DNA from: an uncultured Caulobacterales bacterium
GTDB taxonomy: Bacteria > Pseudomonadota > Alphaproteobacteria > Caulobacterales > Maricaulaceae
Length of the DNA stretch: 10,299 bases
Assembly (NCBI GenBank): GCA_937924355.1
Contig: CALDSY010000106.1
Coordinates: 1 to 10,299, forward strand
Direction: 5' to 3'
Part shown: in pieces, positions 1 to 8,026 of the stretch
Numbering within the stretch: the stretch's first letter is position 1
Layout of the letters: the number at the start of each line of letters is the position of its first letter
Translations under genes and position numbers: made by a program
The notes under the pieces: model-generated
Told to the model about the DNA's origin: nothing
What the model saw: the letters and a program-made list of their open reading frames with translations, nothing else
Database searches by the model: none

Positions 1-936
1 TCAGCTTATACCCAGTCCTCGGGACAGGGCTTGTCCTGCTTTCCTTTGACAGGCGATTTGCTCTTTGAGTGGTAGACACATGACGGGCATGCAGGTTTTG
101 TTGACATCCACAATATAAATTTTGCTGTCATGTTTGTCGCGCATGATGTCGATCGCGCCAAAATCTAGCTGCATGCGGCCACAAAAAATTTTGATGAGCT
201 CGATCTCTTCTGGTGAGAAAACATCAACAGGATCCAACACGTTGACGCTAAGGTAATGGGTTCCAAAACGATCATCGAGGGGTTTGTGTTTGTGATAAAC
301 CACGGCAATTTCGCCGAACGCATAGATGATCCGCCAATCTTCACTCGTCTGGCCGGAAAATGTGCTGTCTATCAGGCGTTGGTAAACCTGACCGGCTTTA
401 ACATCCTCCGGCGCGAGGGGGCAGTTGACCACCTGGCCATCATGGAGGCCATTTTCGTCGGACTTCTGGACGGCGGGTCCTTTATGTGTGGTCGGGTCTA
501 TACTCAGGCTATATCCAAAAACGGTTTCAAAGACATCTGCCACATGTTTTTTTGAGATATCCGTTATATCCGCATTGATCATAGGCGCTGAAAATTTATA
601 GCGGCCGGGTTCAGAAATCGTCGCATCATCAAAGATAAAAACATAATCAGCCTTGCTGGGGTCGGACACGGTTTCGAAACCTGCCAGACGTGACGCCTGC
701 CAGATATTATACCAAGGCCCAGGGTTATGAGGCACAAAAGCAATGGCGCCATTTTTTGGGCTTGAAACAAAAATATGTTTCAGGCGGAGAGCGGCAAAAT
801 ATAAGACGATTTTGGTCACCGCCCGCACATCGTTGAGGAAGGATTTGTCAACGGGAATGGTTGTGTCTGTGTGTGCGAAATAGACGTAAGATGGGCGGAT
901 TTTGATGCCTTTGAAATATTTGAAAAATTTCAACAC
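1..936 (-). CDS. ATP-grasp fold protein (RimK-like C-terminal half); the N-terminal half is unassigned
   Basis: 311-codon ORF, complete in the window (stop at 1-3, first in-frame start is GTG at 934-936, and the true start is uncertain). The C-terminal segment DWRIIYAFGEIAVVYHKHKPLDDRFG...GAIDIMRDKHDSKIYIVDVNKTCMP aligns by eye to the RimK/ATP-grasp pattern D.R..VVG..V.A..R....DFRSN...GG.....GVDIL....G..YVLEVN..PG. I recognise no other domain. Confidence 0.55.
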   Translation of the reverse strand: MLKFFKYFKGIKIRPSYVYFAHTDTTIPVDKSFLNDVRAVTKIVLYFAALRLKHIFVSSPKNGAIAFVPHNPGPWYNIWQASRLAGFETVSDPSKADYVFIFDDATISEPGRYKFSAPMINADITDISKKHVADVFETVFGYSLSIDPTTHKGPAVQKSDENGLHDGQVVNCPLAPEDVKAGQVYQRLIDSTFSGQTSEDWRIIYAFGEIAVVYHKHKPLDDRFGTHYLSVNVLDPVDVFSPEEIELIKIFCGRMQLDFGAIDIMRDKHDSKIYIVDVNKTCMPVMCLPLKEQIACQRKAGQALSRGLGIS

Positions 937-1081
937 TTCGATTTAAATTCCGCGTTTAACCAAGACTTCGCCATTAGCGGATCGGCGAAGTTGTCTCAAG
1001 AAAATTCGAGCCACACACTTTTATTCATTATAAACAATAATGTATGTTGCATTTGTAGGGGTGCGGTGAGAGATTTGGCCG
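937..1081. promoter_or_regulatory. Divergent intergenic region between the ATP-grasp gene (-) and moaA (+), presumably holding both promoters
   Basis: 145 bp AT-rich spacer between divergently oriented start codons. It contains an 8-bp-stem inverted repeat (965-972 / 984-991) and an AT-rich dyad CATTAT-N5-ATAATG (1026-1042) about 40 bp upstream of the moaA start. I cannot place a confident -35/-10. Confidence 0.35.
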
Positions 1082-2083
1082 ATGTCGGATCAACTCACAG
1101 ATAAATTCGGACGGGACATCACCTATCTTCGTCTATCAGTCACGGACCGGTGTGATCTGCGTTGCACTTACTGCATGGCGGAAAACATGACGTTTCTGCC
1201 GCGCAAAGATTTGCTCAGCTTTGAAGAGCTGGATTTTCTATGTGACGCCTTTATCGCCCGAGGCGTGCGCAAAATTCGCCTGACGGGCGGCGAACCTTTG
1301 GTTCGAAAGGGGCTGCTCCCTTTTATCGAGAAACTATCCCGACACCTCAAAACGGACAGGCTGGACGAAATTACTCTGACCACAAATGCCACGCAATTGG
1401 CAAAGTTTGCCGATGAACTCGTCCATACGGGTGTCGAGCGGATCAATATTTCACTGGACAGTCTTGATCGAGAGGTGTTTGCGCGGCTGTCGCGAAGGGA
1501 CGCCTTGGGTCAAGTATTGTCGGGTATAGAGGCCGGTTTAAAGGCGGGCCTAAAGATCAAGATTAATACCGTGGCGCTAAAAAACGGCAACGCCAAGGAT
1601 ATTCCGGACATCATGCGTTGGGCCCATAGTCTGAGCATGGATATGACCCTCATTGAGGTCATGCCCATGGGCGAAATCGCTCAGGATCGATTTGATCAAT
1701 ATATTCCATTATCCGAGGTTCGCGAGAATTTGGATGATCAATTTACGCTTGTCGATACGCCCTACCGAACCGGCGGACCGGCGCGCTATGTACAAGTGAA
1801 TGAAACAGGCGGGCGGTTAGGATTTATCACGCCGCTGACGAATAATTTTTGTGCCGGATGCAATCGGGTTCGCGTAACCTGTACGGGCCAGATCTATATG
1901 TGCTTGGGCCAGGATGATCGGGTTGACCTGAGAGCCGCAATCCGTAGCAAAACCCCGCAAGAGGCATTATATGCAGCGCTTAACAAAGCCATGATCAGTA
2001 AGCCCGAAGCCCATGATTTTAAAATAAGAAAGCCCGGCGATGCCCCGGCGGTTGCGCGGCATATGTCGGTGACGGGCGGTTAG
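1082..2083 (+). CDS. moaA: GTP 3',8-cyclase MoaA (molybdenum cofactor biosynthesis protein A), radical SAM
   Basis: 333 aa. N-terminal radical-SAM CxxxCxxC cluster motif (CDLRCTYC) with the preceding [10 protein letters not shown] context typical of MoaA. C-terminal second [4Fe-4S] cysteine triad ([20 protein letters not shown]). GGEPL motif present. Length matches MoaA. Confidence 0.95.
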   Translation: MSDQLTDKFGRDITYLRLSVTDRCDLRCTYCMAENMTFLPRKDLLSFEELDFLCDAFIARGVRKIRLTGGEPLVRKGLLPFIEKLSRHLKTDRLDEITLTTNATQLAKFADELVHTGVERINISLDSLDREVFARLSRRDALGQVLSGIEAGLKAGLKIKINTVALKNGNAKDIPDIMRWAHSLSMDMTLIEVMPMGEIAQDRFDQYIPLSEVRENLDDQFTLVDTPYRTGGPARYVQVNETGGRLGFITPLTNNFCAGCNRVRVTCTGQIYMCLGQDDRVDLRAAIRSKTPQEALYAALNKAMISKPEAHDFKIRKPGDAPAVARHMSVTGG

Positions 2084-2106
2084 CTAGCGCTACGTTTTTT
2101 ACGATT
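2081..2106 (+). terminator. Weak candidate intrinsic terminator just after the moaA stop (short GC-poor palindrome TAGCGCTA then TTTTTT)
   Basis: tagctagcgcta contains overlapping palindromes (GCTAGC, TAGCGCTA) and is followed immediately by tttttt at 2095-2100. The stem is short and weak. Confidence 0.25.
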
Positions 2107-2192
2107 TTCGTACTTCCAAATATTGAAAAATAGACTTTCATTCCTATTTCGAGTCTATGTGGGGAATTTGATATTCCGATCCTGAAATAGAC

Positions 2193-2211
2193 CGCACTCT
2201 AGACGAGTGCG
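2193..2211. promoter_or_regulatory. Perfect 7-bp inverted repeat CGCACTC-tagac-GAGTGCG in the flotillin upstream region (candidate operator or leader hairpin)
   Basis: Read directly: cgcactc (2193-2199), loop tagac, gagtgcg (2205-2211). It sits about 80 bp upstream of the flotillin start codon and is not followed by a T-run. Confidence 0.3.
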
Positions 2212-2291
2212 CCTCTTAATGAGGAATAATCAGTGGTGTCTCCACGTAGATGACGCCTGCGATTCGCGCAGGGTAGAACGAGGAGAGAACT

Positions 2292-3710
2292 ATGTTTTTA
2301 TATACATTTGCCGCCGTTATTGGCGGAATCATTTTATTGGGATTTCTGTTGTCGGTCGCATTGCGACGTGTAGTCCCGACCAATATGGTCAATATTGTCC
2401 AGTCCAAGAAGAAAACGACGTCTTATGGGGCTGGATTAAAAGCAGGAAACGTCTATTGGCATTGGCCGCGCTGGGTGCCGGTTGTCGGTGTCAGTGTGAT
2501 CAAGCTGCCTGTGTCCAACTTTGACTTGTCGCTGACCGGATACGAAGCCTATGACAAGGACCGTGTGCCCTTTGTCGTTGATGTGACTGCCTTTTTCCGG
2601 ATCAGTGATACGGATAAGGCCGCGCAGCGTGTGACCAATATTGGCGAATTGCATGAGCAGCTCAATCAGATCGTCCAAGGTGCCGTACGTAAAGTGCTGG
2701 CTTCGGATGTGATTGATCAAATCATGCTGCAACGGGCTAAATTCGGTGAACAGTTTACTGATGAAGTGGGGGAGCAGCTTTTGGAGTGGGGCGTCGAGCC
2801 CGTAAAGTCAATGGAGCTAATGGATATCAGAGACGGTGACGACAGCAATGTTATCGCCAATATTATGGCCATGAAAACCTCGCACATCGATATGGAGAGC
2901 CGGACCGAAGTGGCTAAAAACCGCAAGGCCGCAGAAACGGCCGAGATCGAAGCCCAGCAAGTGATCGATATCCGGGCTCAGGAAGCCGAACAACGTGTTG
3001 GGGAGCGCACCGCTGAAAAGACCAAAGCCGTGGGTATTGCCGATGAGCAGGCCCGTCAGCAGGTCTTGGAAGAGGAGCGTGAGACCAAAGAAAGAGACAT
3101 GGCCGTCAAAAAGGTGGAAGAAGTCCGCCAGGCCGAGATCGAAAAAGAGAAACAGGTCGTGGCCGCGGAACAGGAAAAGGAAACCACTATTCTGGTAGCG
3201 GAAGGTGACTTGGCAGCTGAACAAAGAAAGGCCGAAGGTATCCAGGCTGTTGGTGACGCCGAAGCGGTGGCCCGGAAAGCCATGGAACTAGCTTTGGTCG
3301 AGCCTCAGATAACTTTGGCCAAAGAGATCGGTGAGAATGACGGTTATCAGGATTATCTGGTCCGTGTCGAACTGGTCGCCGCCAATAAAGAGGTTGGTGT
3401 GGCTCAGGCGACAGCCCTTGAAAAGGCCGACGTTAAGGTCATCGCCAATCAAGGCGACGCGATCTCCGGCGCGACCACCGCCATGCAACTCTTTACGCCG
3501 CAAGGCGGTACTCAGCTGGCGGGAATGCTCGAAGCTTTTGCGCAAACGCCTGCGGGTCAAGCCGCATTGGAAAAGCTGGGCGTAACGTCGGCGGCGAAGC
3601 CTAAAAAGACGTCACGCGCGAAACGCAAGACGACCCCAGGCAAACCGGCGACCATTGATCTTCCTGCAACGAATATCACGCCTACCGTAAAGCCGACTGG
3701 CAAGGCTTAA
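2292..3710 (+). CDS. SPFH/band-7 domain protein, flotillin family (FloT/YqiK-like)
   Basis: 472 aa. N-terminal hydrophobic membrane segment (FLYTFAAVIGGIILLGFLLSVAL). SPFH-like region (FDLSLTGYEAYDKDRVPFVVDVTAFFRI...). A long Glu/Ala/Gln/Lys-rich predicted coiled coil (AEIEAQQVIDIRAQEAEQRVGERTAEK...EKEKQVVAAEQEKE) typical of the flotillin domain. Strong RBS GAGGAG 6 nt upstream of the ATG. Confidence 0.9.
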   Translation: MFLYTFAAVIGGIILLGFLLSVALRRVVPTNMVNIVQSKKKTTSYGAGLKAGNVYWHWPRWVPVVGVSVIKLPVSNFDLSLTGYEAYDKDRVPFVVDVTAFFRISDTDKAAQRVTNIGELHEQLNQIVQGAVRKVLASDVIDQIMLQRAKFGEQFTDEVGEQLLEWGVEPVKSMELMDIRDGDDSNVIANIMAMKTSHIDMESRTEVAKNRKAAETAEIEAQQVIDIRAQEAEQRVGERTAEKTKAVGIADEQARQQVLEEERETKERDMAVKKVEEVRQAEIEKEKQVVAAEQEKETTILVAEGDLAAEQRKAEGIQAVGDAEAVARKAMELALVEPQITLAKEIGENDGYQDYLVRVELVAANKEVGVAQATALEKADVKVIANQGDAISGATTAMQLFTPQGGTQLAGMLEAFAQTPAGQAALEKLGVTSAAKPKKTSRAKRKTTPGKPATIDLPATNITPTVKPTGKA

Positions 3711-3735
3711 GCCGATATTCATATCTAGAAATTTT

Positions 3736-3763
3736 GGAAAGCTTTTCGCTTTCCTCTTTTTTT
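3736..3763 (+). terminator. Rho-independent terminator downstream of the flotillin gene
   Basis: GGAAAGC-ttttc-GCTTTCC, a perfect 7-bp stem with a 5-nt loop (3736-3754), followed by TCTTTTTTT (3755-3763), 26 bp after the stop codon. Confidence 0.75.
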
Positions 3764-3846
3764 GTGATTTCCCCTGTGGATTGAATTTTGTTGAACCTGT
3801 TTCGCCTGACTGATAGCGCCTTAACCTTAAAATATTCGAGGGTTAT

Positions 3847-6258
3847 ATGCGCGTTTTTGCGATCTGTTTATTGTCGTTTCTTTCTTTTCTTTTTGGATCA
3901 AAAGCATTTGGAAAAACCTTTTCCGAAGCGGTTGATGCCCTGGATAAACGCGCTGGATTTTTTGATGTTTATGTTGACGAAAAAACCAATAAAATCAAAG
4001 CTCTGATACCCATTACTTCAGGTGAACCCTTTCAAGCGATCTACACGCGACGACTGCGCGCCGGGCTAGGATCAAACCCGGTTGGTCTTGATCGAGGATG
4101 GGGGGACCGGGGTGTCGTTATTTCCTTTGAACACTACGGCGACAAGCTCATCATCAAACAGGAAAACCTGACCTACCGGGCTAATCCGGACAACCCGCTC
4201 GAAGCCTTGGCGGTGGATGAGAGTTTCGCCGACAGCTTCATCGCCAGTCTGAAAGTCGAAGCACAGAGCAATGGTAAAGTCTTGGTGGACATGACTGACT
4301 TTCTGACCCGAGACAGCTTGTCTATTGTTCAGCATTTGAAAGACCGCGGCCAAGGGACCTTTAGCGTCGCCAAAGACCGGTCCTTTGTGGACACCAAAAA
4401 TGTTTTGGCGTTCCCGGACAATATTGAAATCGACGCCTTCCTGACCCTATCCTCTAAGGATCCCGGCAACGAGGTTGCGACGACAGCCGCCAATGGCCAG
4501 GACGCGACACTCATTCAACATCATTCTTTTGTCCGTTTGCCGGAGCCCGGGTTTGAACCTCGGATGTCTGATCCTCGCATGGGCGCGATCGAGACTGTTT
4601 ATATAGATTACAGCACGCCGTTGGCGGCGCCGATCACAAAGCGTTTAGCCATCCGTCATCGTCTCGAAAAAGATGCGAGCGGCAACACCATTAATCCTAT
4701 CGTTTTCTACATTGATAGCGGCGCTCCAGAACCGGTCCGCTCGGCTTTGGTTGAAGGCGCAAAGTGGTGGAAAGACGCCTTCGCTGCTGCCGGATATCCG
4801 GACGGATATGAGGTGAAATTATTACCTGAGGATGTCCATCCGCTCGATGTGCGTTACAATGTGGTTCAGTGGGTCCATCGTCAGACCCGGGGCTGGTCTT
4901 ACGGCGGCGGGGTGGTGGATCCACGCACAGGGGAGTTCCTGAAAGGCCACGTCAATCTGGGCTCGTTACGGGTGCGTCAGGATCGTATGATTTTCGAGGG
5001 CCTGGCTGGAACCGCGAAAACGGGTACGGGCGAGGCCGATGATCCTATTGAGCTGGCTCTGGATCGGATCCGGCAATTATCAGCACATGAAATCGGCCAT
5101 TCGCTTGGCTTTGCCCATAATTTCGCCGCGAGTTCGTACGGCAAAGGCTCAGTTATGGATTATCCAGCGCCGGATGTACGGATTAAGGATGGCGCTCTCG
5201 ACTTTTCCAAGGCTTACGGTGTGGGTATTGGGGCTTGGGATAAATTTGCCGCCAAAATGTTATATGGAGATATCAAGGCAGAAGACGCCGAAGCTGCCTA
5301 CCGTGAAGCCGCTGAAAAAGGATTGATCTTTGTGGCCGACAGCGACGGGCGCGGTATAGGGACGGGTCATCCGCAAGGCGCTATCTGGGATAACGGCGAA
5401 GATCCCGTGGCTACGCTCCAAGAAACTTTGGCCGTTCGGGCCTTGGCGCTCAAAAACTTTGACGCGACACGCATTCATGATGGGCAACCCTTGTCTGATT
5501 TGAACAAAGTCATCGTTCCGATCTATCTTTATCACCGTTATCAAACGGCGGCGGCTGGAAAACTGCTCGGCGGTGTTCGTTTTGACTACGGCGTCGCGGG
5601 CGAGACAGAGCCTGGCATGACAATCGTACCCCCGGCGAAGCAGCGATCTGCATTAGAAGCCATTCTCGCAACACTCAATCCAGAGACGCTGGATATTTCC
5701 AATAAAGTATTGAACTTGTTGTCACCGTCTTTGAATAGCTGGACCTTTATCGACTCGGATAGGGAGCTATTCAAACGCACAGCTTACCCGGCCTTCGATG
5801 TGACAGCCGCCGCAGATACCGCTGCAGGGCTAACCATGGATGTACTGCTAAACCCGCAGCGTGCGGCCCGTATGATTGAGCTTAAACGTCGCGATAGCCG
5901 CAATCCTGGTTTTTCCGACCTCCTACAAACTACAAAGCGTCACCTCATGGCGCAACGGCCAACGGGACGTCAGGGGGAAATTTCCAATGCGGTGCAGAAA
6001 CGTTTCGTATTCGGGCTGATGGATTTGATGGACAATTCAGATGCCACACCGGCCGTGAAATCTCGGGCGCACAATATGCTGATCCAGCTCAATCAGGATT
6101 TTGCCCGCCGAAGCGGCGCCCATGCTGGCTTTATCAAAAGCGAGATAGACCGGTATCTGTCTCGGCCTGCACCGCAACAGACTGCCGACACGGATGAACC
6201 GCGTTTGCCGCCGGGCAGCCCAATTGGACAGTTTGAAACCTGCTGGTTTTGTGATTAG
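3847..6258 (+). CDS. Secreted zinc-dependent metalloprotease, metzincin-like (large DUF5117/DUF4953-type family)
   Basis: 803 aa. N-terminal signal peptide (MRVFAICLLSFLSFLFGSKAFG). Extended zinc-binding motif HEIGHSLGFAHNF (HExxHxxGxxH) at nt 5086-5124, with SVMDYP downstream (Met-turn-like, nt ~5147-5167). The size and architecture fit, from memory, the ~800-aa zinc-dependent metalloproteases common in Bacteroidetes and in sphingomonad/caulobacter-type alphaproteobacteria. RBS GAGGG 5 nt upstream. Confidence 0.88.
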   Translation: MRVFAICLLSFLSFLFGSKAFGKTFSEAVDALDKRAGFFDVYVDEKTNKIKALIPITSGEPFQAIYTRRLRAGLGSNPVGLDRGWGDRGVVISFEHYGDKLIIKQENLTYRANPDNPLEALAVDESFADSFIASLKVEAQSNGKVLVDMTDFLTRDSLSIVQHLKDRGQGTFSVAKDRSFVDTKNVLAFPDNIEIDAFLTLSSKDPGNEVATTAANGQDATLIQHHSFVRLPEPGFEPRMSDPRMGAIETVYIDYSTPLAAPITKRLAIRHRLEKDASGNTINPIVFYIDSGAPEPVRSALVEGAKWWKDAFAAAGYPDGYEVKLLPEDVHPLDVRYNVVQWVHRQTRGWSYGGGVVDPRTGEFLKGHVNLGSLRVRQDRMIFEGLAGTAKTGTGEADDPIELALDRIRQLSAHEIGHSLGFAHNFAASSYGKGSVMDYPAPDVRIKDGALDFSKAYGVGIGAWDKFAAKMLYGDIKAEDAEAAYREAAEKGLIFVADSDGRGIGTGHPQGAIWDNGEDPVATLQETLAVRALALKNFDATRIHDGQPLSDLNKVIVPIYLYHRYQTAAAGKLLGGVRFDYGVAGETEPGMTIVPPAKQRSALEAILATLNPETLDISNKVLNLLSPSLNSWTFIDSDRELFKRTAYPAFDVTAAADTAAGLTMDVLLNPQRAARMIELKRRDSRNPGFSDLLQTTKRHLMAQRPTGRQGEISNAVQKRFVFGLMDLMDNSDATPAVKSRAHNMLIQLNQDFARRSGAHAGFIKSEIDRYLSRPAPQQTADTDEPRLPPGSPIGQFETCWFCD
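5086..5118 (+). other. Catalytic zinc-binding site HEIGHSLGFAH of the metalloprotease
   Basis: Codons cat gaa atc ggc cat tcg ctt ggc ttt gcc cat are in frame with the 3847 start (codon 414 onward). Confidence 0.85.
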
Positions 6259-6267
6259 CATGGGCGT

Positions 6268-6945
6268 ATGTCGCCGCTCTACAAACTGATTCTAGCGTTT
6301 TTGTGCGCCGCTGTTGTGGGGTGCGGCAGCGAGCGGGCTGAACCAAAACCATCAACGCCAACAAATTGGGCCCTACGCCAATCCCTCCAAAATGGTGAGG
6401 GAATCGCCCCGCCTTACCTCGACAAATTGACCCGTGAATTCGCTGAACAAATAACCGGGCTGAGCGAAGCCGAGGCTAAAAGCTGTCGTGTGGAGGTCTA
6501 TCTCTCTTCGCTGCATTACAAGAATAAATCCGAAGAAAGTTTTGATGGCGACTTTCGTCAGGCAGACAGGAATGCCGGGGAAACGGCGCGCTTATCTCTA
6601 GCCTATGAGGCCTTTGACCGGATTGTGCGAAAGCGCGAGAAGGAAGAGGCAGAAGAAAAACTGAGGGATGCGACCACATCTATTCGGCAGCAAGTCCTCT
6701 CCCAAGGCAAGTTTTATACAAGTTCTGCACCGCTGGCGACATGTCGGTTTGAGGGCATTCCTCATGACGATATCGCCCTCCCATATTTCAATATTCACTG
6801 CGAAGACGCGGAAACGGGCACTGAACGACTGGCGCAACAGGAACAATATGAGAAAACTAAAGAATTTTGCGCCCGTTTGCAGGCGGAATTTCTGGATCAC
6901 GGCGAGGTAGACGAGGCAATCATAAGCGAATCGCCCTTGCGATGA
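6268..6945 (+). CDS. Hypothetical lipoprotein, 9 bp downstream of the metalloprotease gene
   Basis: 225 aa. Lipoprotein-type signal peptide with the lipobox-like AVVG-C (MSPLYKLILAFLCAAVVGCGSE). The mature part is hydrophilic and charged with a few Cys. Only 9 nt after the protease stop, so it is probably co-transcribed. I recognise no domain. Confidence 0.65.
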   Translation: MSPLYKLILAFLCAAVVGCGSERAEPKPSTPTNWALRQSLQNGEGIAPPYLDKLTREFAEQITGLSEAEAKSCRVEVYLSSLHYKNKSEESFDGDFRQADRNAGETARLSLAYEAFDRIVRKREKEEAEEKLRDATTSIRQQVLSQGKFYTSSAPLATCRFEGIPHDDIALPYFNIHCEDAETGTERLAQQEQYEKTKEFCARLQAEFLDHGEVDEAIISESPLR

Positions 6946-7076
6946 CATTGCCGGGCTATTTGTCGCCCTTTTCTATGATTTTGCCGTTGCAAATGGGGGG
7001 TAGTCTTTATAGGAATGGCCCGAATTTGCGCCCGGAGGGGGTGTGAGTCTATTCGAATCGAAGCATAAGCGCGTCC

Positions 7077-7442
7077 ATGACTGAATTTCTTTTAGGTTAC
7101 CTACCAGTGCTCATCTTGCTTGGGATTGCTCTGGCGCTAAGCATTGCGTTCCTAGTGGTCCCCATGATCGTCGCGCCAAAGGAACCTGATACAGAAAAGC
7201 TATCAACCTATGAGTGTGGATTTAATGCGTTTGATGACTCTCGTATGAAGTTTGACGTCCAGTTCTATCTGGTCGCTATTCTCTTTATAATCTTCGATCT
7301 GGAAGTTGCGTTCCTGTTTCCTTACGCCGTGTCCGCTGGACATCTTGGAACTTACGCATGGGCTGTTGTGATGATTTTCCTGTTCGAGCTGGGCATGGGC
7401 CTTGTCTACGCCTGGAAAAAAGGCGCCTTGGATTGGAATTAG
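7077..7442 (+). CDS. nuoA: NADH-quinone oxidoreductase subunit A
   Basis: 121 aa, three hydrophobic segments. Conserved YECGF and DLEVAFLFP motifs typical of NuoA/ND3. Confidence 0.95.
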   Translation: MTEFLLGYLPVLILLGIALALSIAFLVVPMIVAPKEPDTEKLSTYECGFNAFDDSRMKFDVQFYLVAILFIIFDLEVAFLFPYAVSAGHLGTYAWAVVMIFLFELGMGLVYAWKKGALDWN

Positions 7443-7456
7443 GGTAGGAGAGCAGG

Positions 7457-8023
7457 ATGAACGATCAAGCCCTAAAGGCCGGACAAGGTGCCCGTGATCT
7501 AGGTATTCCTGCCTATGATCCCAAAAAGCATGACCCGTTTTTTGATGGCCTTTCCGACCAGTTGGCAGATAAAGGTTTTCTGGTCGCGTCCGCTGATGAT
7601 CTGATTACTTGGGCGAGGACCGGTTCGCTAATGTGGATGACATTTGGTCTCGCCTGCTGCGCTGTTGAGATGATGCAGGCGTCCATGCCACGATATGATT
7701 TGGAACGGTTTGGTGTCGCCCCGCGCGCATCCCCCCGTCAAAGTGACGTGATGATCGTTGCCGGTACGCTGACCAATAAAATGGCGCCGGCCCTACGCAA
7801 GGTCTATGACCAGATGCCCGCGCCGCGATATGTGATCTCGATGGGATCCTGTGCCAATGGCGGTGGATATTATCATTATTCTTATGCTGTCGTTCGGGGA
7901 TGTGACCGGATCGTGCCCGTCGACATTTACGTGCCGGGGTGTCCTCCGACAGCCGAGGCGCTCGTTTATGGGATTTTGCAATTGCAAAAGAAAATCCGCC
8001 GCGAAGGCAATATTGAAAGATAG
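7457..8023 (+). CDS. nuoB: NADH-quinone oxidoreductase subunit B
   Basis: 188 aa. Conserved N2-cluster ligand context: [30 protein letters not shown] and YVPGCPP. RBS AGGAGA upstream. Confidence 0.95.
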   Translation: MNDQALKAGQGARDLGIPAYDPKKHDPFFDGLSDQLADKGFLVASADDLITWARTGSLMWMTFGLACCAVEMMQASMPRYDLERFGVAPRASPRQSDVMIVAGTLTNKMAPALRKVYDQMPAPRYVISMGSCANGGGYYHYSYAVVRGCDRIVPVDIYVPGCPPTAEALVYGILQLQKKIRREGNIER

Positions 8024-8026
8024 TGC

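Noticed and set aside
256-555. 99-aa plus-strand ORF inside the ATP-grasp gene, plus other short ORFs at 579-770, 871-1104 and 1168-1446
   Set aside because: They are antisense or out of frame relative to longer, motif-supported CDSs, and they are short with no translation signals.
937-1081. Possible Moco riboswitch in the moaA leader
   Set aside because: The Moco RNA motif is roughly 130-150 nt. The whole divergent intergenic region is 145 bp and must also hold two promoters, and I cannot see the conserved motif blocks. A covariance-model scan (Rfam Moco_RNA_motif) would settle it.
2207-2524. 105-aa ORF overlapping the flotillin start, plus the 63-aa minus-strand ORF 2216-2407
   Set aside because: They overlap the well-supported flotillin start, which has a strong RBS. 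They have no RBS or motif of their own.
2995-3198. 67-aa Arg/Lys-rich plus-strand ORF (and the minus-strand ORFs 2817-3224 and 3056-3283) inside the flotillin coiled-coil region
   Set aside because: They are alternate-frame artefacts of the GAA/GAG/GCC-rich low-complexity DNA that encodes the EA-rich coiled coil. The flotillin frame is continuous and homologous.
3788-4006. 72-aa ORF overlapping the 5' end of the metalloprotease gene in another frame
   Set aside because: The protease frame starting at 3847 has a GAGGG RBS, a canonical signal peptide and an uninterrupted 803-codon frame with metzincin motifs. The overlapping ORF is most likely spurious.
6946-7076. Possible terminator or small RNA in the lipoprotein-nuoA intergenic region
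   Set aside because: Only short weak palindromes (ATCGC-ccttg-GCGAT, GGGC...GCCC) with no convincing stem plus T-run. Nothing tRNA-like. It is most simply the nuo promoter region.
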